DNA of 51,397 nucleotides from a virus (lineage: Duplodnaviria; Caudoviricetes), in the IMG/VR virus record IMGVR_UViG_3300048588_000723, positions 1-51,397 of that record, one strand, 5' to 3'. The notes under the pieces were generated by a model. It was not told where the DNA came from and searched no databases. It saw only the letters and a list, made by a program, of their open reading frames with translations. Both the position numbers and the translations under genes were made by a program. This document shows, piece after piece, positions 47,752-51,397 of the stretch (position 1 is its first letter; each line of letters starts with the position of its first letter).

Positions 47752-48870
47752 TTAAAGCTTATCCACTTGTTTAAATGTGATACCTGATGGCTGAAAGTTA
47801 TTGTCATCACATTTTACTTTTGCTAGAGCAATTCCTAATTGTGATGCAGTACATGCAAACCATTTATTTACTTTCAACTTTGGTAAACACAAATGAATAT
47901 TAGCTGCAAATGCAGTTACGATAGCGATCATGTTCTCCACACTTTCTTCCATATCTAGTTCGTAAGATTGTTTCAGTGCTTTTAAGTCATTTGATACAAC
48001 CGGAGCAATAGCCAATGTGCTTAATTTTGCTGCTACATCCGCATTGGCTTTTTCGTTTTGGATATCTTGTGCTTTTGCAGCTGCTGCATCCTTGGCTAAT
48101 TTTAAAGCCTCTGCTTTATTATTTAATGCCACTTCATAGTCTGTGAACTTTGCTCTGATTTCGTTCTCGTATTGTGATAAATACTTCTTAGAATCGAAAA
48201 TTAAAAGTTCATTACATAATGCCATGTATTCATCAGTAGTAACAACATCACTAAAAGAATTTAATGGATATTGTATTTTGAAATCAACTTCTGTTAAACG
48301 TGTAAGTGCTAGTTTAATGAAGTCAGCTAATTCAGCCATTCCAATGTTTCCTTCACCTAATGCATACTCATATACTTTGGCAACTTTCTCATTGATTTTG
48401 TTTTGGAAAGCTGCCTCAGCATTATTTTTAGTGTTGATTAAAAATTCTCTACATTGTTTTCTCTTCTCAATTTTTTGTGATTCAACACGTTTTTTTTCTT
48501 CATCTGCTTTTTTCAATGCGATGATACTCTTTTCCAGTGCTTCAATATGAGGCAGGAATGATTTTTCCGGTTCCATTAATCGTTTACTCACATCATCGAA
48601 TTTTGATGTGATCGATTTTCTTGAGTTGGTAATAGCTGCACAGTCTGCTTTTATTTCCTTCATTAAAACCTCTGCATCTTTCACTTCCTCAATTTTTGTA
48701 GGGATTTTAATTTTAGCAATTGACTGTTGTGCTCTTGCTTGAATAAGCAATTCATTTTCATAAATTGATACACCTAAGTCGCCCCAGGCTATTCTTTTCT
48801 TTTCCATCATAGTAGGGTCAATATCAATTTTCGCTACTAATTTTTTTGTTTCTGTTGCAGTTGTTTCCAT
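47752..48870 (-). CDS. Coiled-coil recombination-module protein
   Basis: Helical and charged; lies between recT and the exonuclease. Confidence 0.6.
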   Translation of the reverse strand: METTATETKKLVAKIDIDPTMMEKKRIAWGDLGVSIYENELLIQARAQQSIAKIKIPTKIEEVKDAEVLMKEIKADCAAITNSRKSITSKFDDVSKRLMEPEKSFLPHIEALEKSIIALKKADEEKKRVESQKIEKRKQCREFLINTKNNAEAAFQNKINEKVAKVYEYALGEGNIGMAELADFIKLALTRLTEVDFKIQYPLNSFSDVVTTDEYMALCNELLIFDSKKYLSQYENEIRAKFTDYEVALNNKAEALKLAKDAAAAKAQDIQNEKANADVAAKLSTLAIAPVVSNDLKALKQSYELDMEESVENMIAIVTAFAANIHLCLPKLKVNKWFACTASQLGIALAKVKCDDNNFQPSGITFKQVDKL

Positions 48871-48908
48871 TTTGATTTTGTTATTAGTTACTAGCTATTT
48901 TTTAAATT

Positions 48909-49055
48909 AAGGGGAGGAGAAGTACAATAATTATCGTGTACCTTTTGAATCCTCCCCTTCTCTCATTGTGGCTCCGGTTCCACACACATCTGGTTGCTAT
49001 GTTCTCTGTGTGGAAAAAACATAGCCCACTTTTCGCCTCAACCGTTTTATGAGCC
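48909..49055 (-). ncRNA. Candidate pseudoknotted intergenic RNA plus hairpin
   Basis: Crossing helices 48978-48986/49007-49015 and 48996-49003/49018-49025 inside a closing stem; second hairpin at 48909-48959. Confidence 0.55.
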
Positions 49056-49066
49056 TCTGTGGTTAT

Positions 49067-49921
49067 CTATAAATCGTTTGTTGTTGCAAATTCAGTATTC
49101 GGCTTTATTGCTTCATTGGTAGTTGATTCAACTACTTCAGCATAATTTGCTTCTTCGCTTCCGGCAGCATTATCTTTTTCAGCATCTACTATTACTTCAA
49201 TAGGGTGTGCAATAATGCTTTTAAATTTTCCTTCATTAGGATTAGTTCCAAGTTTTTTCAATCCGTGACGCACTGCTTTTGCTCTTGCAAACTCCGGGTC
49301 AATACCGCCTTTCCAATTGGTATAATTTTCATTGGCATACTTCAACGACTCGGTTGCAGCAGCTGTGCCAAAATCATCTTTGTAACGTCCATTTTCTTTG
49401 TGTGAAGCTCTTCTCCAACGATAAAAATCTGATTCATCAAATTCTCTTTTTTCCCATCTAGGTTCAGGAGTAGAAGGAAGAAGTATTTCAACTGATACAG
49501 CAATAACTTTTCCTGTTGCATCTTTTGTGACAACCGGATTTTTCATATCCAATATTCTACCACATTGGCGATTAATAGAAATAATTCCGTTGGCAGATGG
49601 CATTATCTCTAATGCTTTTTTGGTCACCATTTGTCCATTGTTATCTTTTACTTTAACATTTCGAGTTTTCACATAAACCAAACCTGCGTTTGGATCAAGT
49701 GATAAATTTTGCTTTAACACTGTTTTAACGGCCATAACAATTGTGGCCGGAAGGCAATCTAATATTTCAGGTTTTGAAATGCAATGCATTCGTATGTGTT
49801 CTAACTCCTGGAGTGCTAATGTTTTTACATCTACACCATCAGCTGCGTTAAGTCTTAATACAGCTTCTAATTGTGGGAGTTCCGCTTTTAGCAATTCTAT
49901 TGGTTTTAATTCTGTTGACAT
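49067..49921 (-). CDS. recT: RecT-family single-strand annealing protein
   Basis: LDCLPATIVMAV...NLSLDPNAGLVY...FARAKAVRHGLKKL. Confidence 0.7.
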   Translation of the reverse strand: MSTELKPIELLKAELPQLEAVLRLNAADGVDVKTLALQELEHIRMHCISKPEILDCLPATIVMAVKTVLKQNLSLDPNAGLVYVKTRNVKVKDNNGQMVTKKALEIMPSANGIISINRQCGRILDMKNPVVTKDATGKVIAVSVEILLPSTPEPRWEKREFDESDFYRWRRASHKENGRYKDDFGTAAATESLKYANENYTNWKGGIDPEFARAKAVRHGLKKLGTNPNEGKFKSIIAHPIEVIVDAEKDNAAGSEEANYAEVVESTTNEAIKPNTEFATTNDL

Positions 49922-49932
49922 GATATTTGGTT

Positions 49933-50142
49933 TTAGTGAATAATTTTACATTTATATGATTCGATTGATTCCTTTTGAAAAAAACGAGAGACAAAAAACT
50001 TTCCATTTACAGGATTGTAGCAAAAGTGAACAGGATGCAGATCCTTTAATTTTTTGTCTTTTTCATATTCCTCCATTGCGGTTTTATAGTTATCACTATT
50101 CCGCTGTTCAATAGGGATTTCTATTTCAAGCTGTTTGCTCAT
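49933..50142 (-). CDS. Hypothetical protein
   Basis: Likely start MSKQLE. Confidence 0.5.
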   Translation of the reverse strand: MSKQLEIEIPIEQRNSDNYKTAMEEYEKDKKLKDLHPVHFCYNPVNGKFFVSRFFQKESIESYKCKIIH

Positions 50143-50506
50143 CTGGAAGTGATTTAATTTCTTCTTCAGCATGTAAAACAAAATCTCTCAATACTCCAAT
50201 CAAACCTTCTGAAAGTATTCTCTCCTGTTCGCCTCTACACTCCGGACCTGCAATTGATTTTAATTCTTTAACAAAGTCTAAAAGCTTTTTCTTGTCAGGA
50301 ATTTTTGATAGCTCAAGCTTTGTGTTGGCTACAGATTTTGTGAGATAATCAATGTATCTGTTCCAATCATCATCAGTCATATATTTGATGTGATAAGAGG
50401 TTACGAAAATAATGTTGAAAGAGAATCCGAAAATTCGCTTAGCAAATCCTAGTGATAATAGCTCTTTTTCTCTTTGTGATTCTTTTTCTGTTGAAGATGT
50501 TTCCAT
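50126..50506 (-). CDS. Hypothetical protein
   Basis: Likely start METSS. Confidence 0.6.
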   Translation of the reverse strand: METSSTEKESQREKELLSLGFAKRIFGFSFNIIFVTSYHIKYMTDDDWNRYIDYLTKSVANTKLELSKIPDKKKLLDFVKELKSIAGPECRGEQERILSEGLIGVLRDFVLHAEEEIKSLPDEQTA

Positions 50507-50563
50507 TTTGATTACTTTTGTTTTAGTTATTAATAATTGATTTCCATTTTGATAACTGATTGA

Positions 50564-50593
50564 ATAATGCCCGGTGTTGCAGTCGGGCATTAT
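50564..50593. terminator. Intergenic hairpin (possible terminator)
   Basis: ATAATGCCCG...CGGGCATTAT. Confidence 0.5.
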
Positions 50594-50598
50594 TTATT

Positions 50599-50886
50599 TT
50601 ATATTGCCTCAATTTGTATTTTCTTTCGGTATTGCTGTTTAGTCCTTACCGTGATAACTATTTCACGATTTGATGGCAGGTGATAATCGAAATGATAATA
50701 ATCTAGCGATGGCACTTCGAAGGGGTTATATAAATGGCACTTTACATAAGTGGCCGCCTCCATTAATTGGGTTATGCTATCAACGCAGATGGTTGCATGA
50801 GCTTTACTTGTGTGTTTTAAATTTTTCAATTCCGCTTCTAAAGCAAAAAGGCTTTGAACTACTGGGTTGCTTGATGAGTTATTCAT
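50599..50886 (-). CDS. Hypothetical protein
   Basis: Likely start MNNSSS at 50886, overlapping the stop of the hexapeptide gene. Confidence 0.6.
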   Translation of the reverse strand: MNNSSSNPVVQSLFALEAELKNLKHTSKAHATICVDSITQLMEAATYVKCHLYNPFEVPSLDYYHFDYHLPSNREIVITVRTKQQYRKKIQIEAI

Positions 50887-51397
50887 TTGTTGCAGGTTTG
50901 TTTTTATTTTCGATTGGCAATAATATTTTTGAATCGTGGATTTTGGATATGGTGTCAATGTATACTTTGTACTCTTGTTTTTCTTCGGAAGTGTAACCTT
51001 CGTCTTCTCCAACTTCTTCATACAACTGCTTCCATTCTTTAATATTCATGCTTTTGCATCCAATTTGAATCGCATCGTAACCCCAATAAGAAACAAAATG
51101 CTTTGATCCTGAAAAACAAATGGCTTTTATAATAAGGTTATACCCGATTCTGGAGTTATCCCCGATTATGGAGTTATCCCCGATTCTGGAGTTATCCCCG
51201 ATTCTGGAGTTATCCCCGATTCTGGAGTTATACCCGATTCTGGAGTTATCCCCGATTCTGGAGTTATCCCCGATTCTGGAGTTATCCCCGATTATGGAGT
51301 TATCCCCGATTCTGGAGTTATCCCCGATTCTGGAGTTATCCCCGATTCTGGAGTTATACCCGATTCTGGAGTTATACCCGATTCTGGAGTTATACCC
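50879..51397 (-). CDS. Hexapeptide-repeat protein, 3' part
   Basis: IG(D/Y)NS(R/I) repeats run into IGYNLIIKAICFSGSKHFVSYWGYDAIQIGCKSMNIKEW...PATNE, TAA at 50881-50879. Confidence 0.85.
   Translation of the reverse strand, partial: GYNSRIGYNSRIGYNSRIGDNSRIGDNSRIGDNSIIGDNSRIGDNSRIGDNSRIGYNSRIGDNSRIGDNSRIGDNSIIGDNSRIGYNLIIKAICFSGSKHFVSYWGYDAIQIGCKSMNIKEWKQLYEEVGEDEGYTSEEKQEYKVYIDTISKIHDSKILLPIENKNKPATNE
51137..51397. repeat. 18-bp tandem repeat, about 14.5 copies
   Basis: Same unit as 1-230; 51277-51397 matches 1-121 except for one base. Confidence 0.97.

Larger units (their letters stand above)
1..51397. mobile_element. Temperate tailed phage genome, excised/circular form
   Basis: Packaging, head, tail, lysis, integration and replication modules all present; internal attP; ends join within one gene. 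Confidence 0.9.

Noticed and set aside
51137-51397. Diversity-generating retroelement or true terminal repeats
   Set aside because: No reverse transcriptase; variation is G/T on the coding strand rather than adenine-specific; the end match is explained by an assembly break in a tandem repeat.

Overview
The window looks like a near-complete, circularly permuted ~51.4 kb genome of a temperate long-tailed phage, probably infecting Bacteroidota (TAnnTTTG promoter motifs, Bacteroidota-type integrase, DksA/TraR and PRTRC genes). Both ends lie inside one 18-bp tandem repeat that encodes a hexapeptide-repeat protein on the minus strand. The plus strand (~2.2-29.6 kb) carries packaging, head, tail and lysis genes and an initiator-type tRNA-Met. 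An integrase and intact attP sit at 29.5-30.9 kb. The minus strand (~31-51 kb and 0-1 kb) carries early genes: ParB-methylase, a glycosyltransferase/methyltransferase cluster, DksA/TraR, DnaB, a YdaU-like initiator, a PRTRC ubiquitin-like cassette, an SF2 helicase and RecET-like genes. The best leads are: (1) a candidate virion-glycosylation system, since capsid and tail-tube proteins both end in -EAGS and the phage encodes Stealth, GT32-GT2 and methyltransferase enzymes; (2) a phage-borne E1/E2/Ubl (PRTRC) cassette; (3) a C4-like antisense RNA controlling a truncated YdaU paralogue next to an inverted iteron array; (4) two pseudoknotted intergenic RNAs; (5) a tRNA-fMet with a remodelled anticodon stem. 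All calls were made by eye from motifs and gene order; no database searches or folding programs were run.
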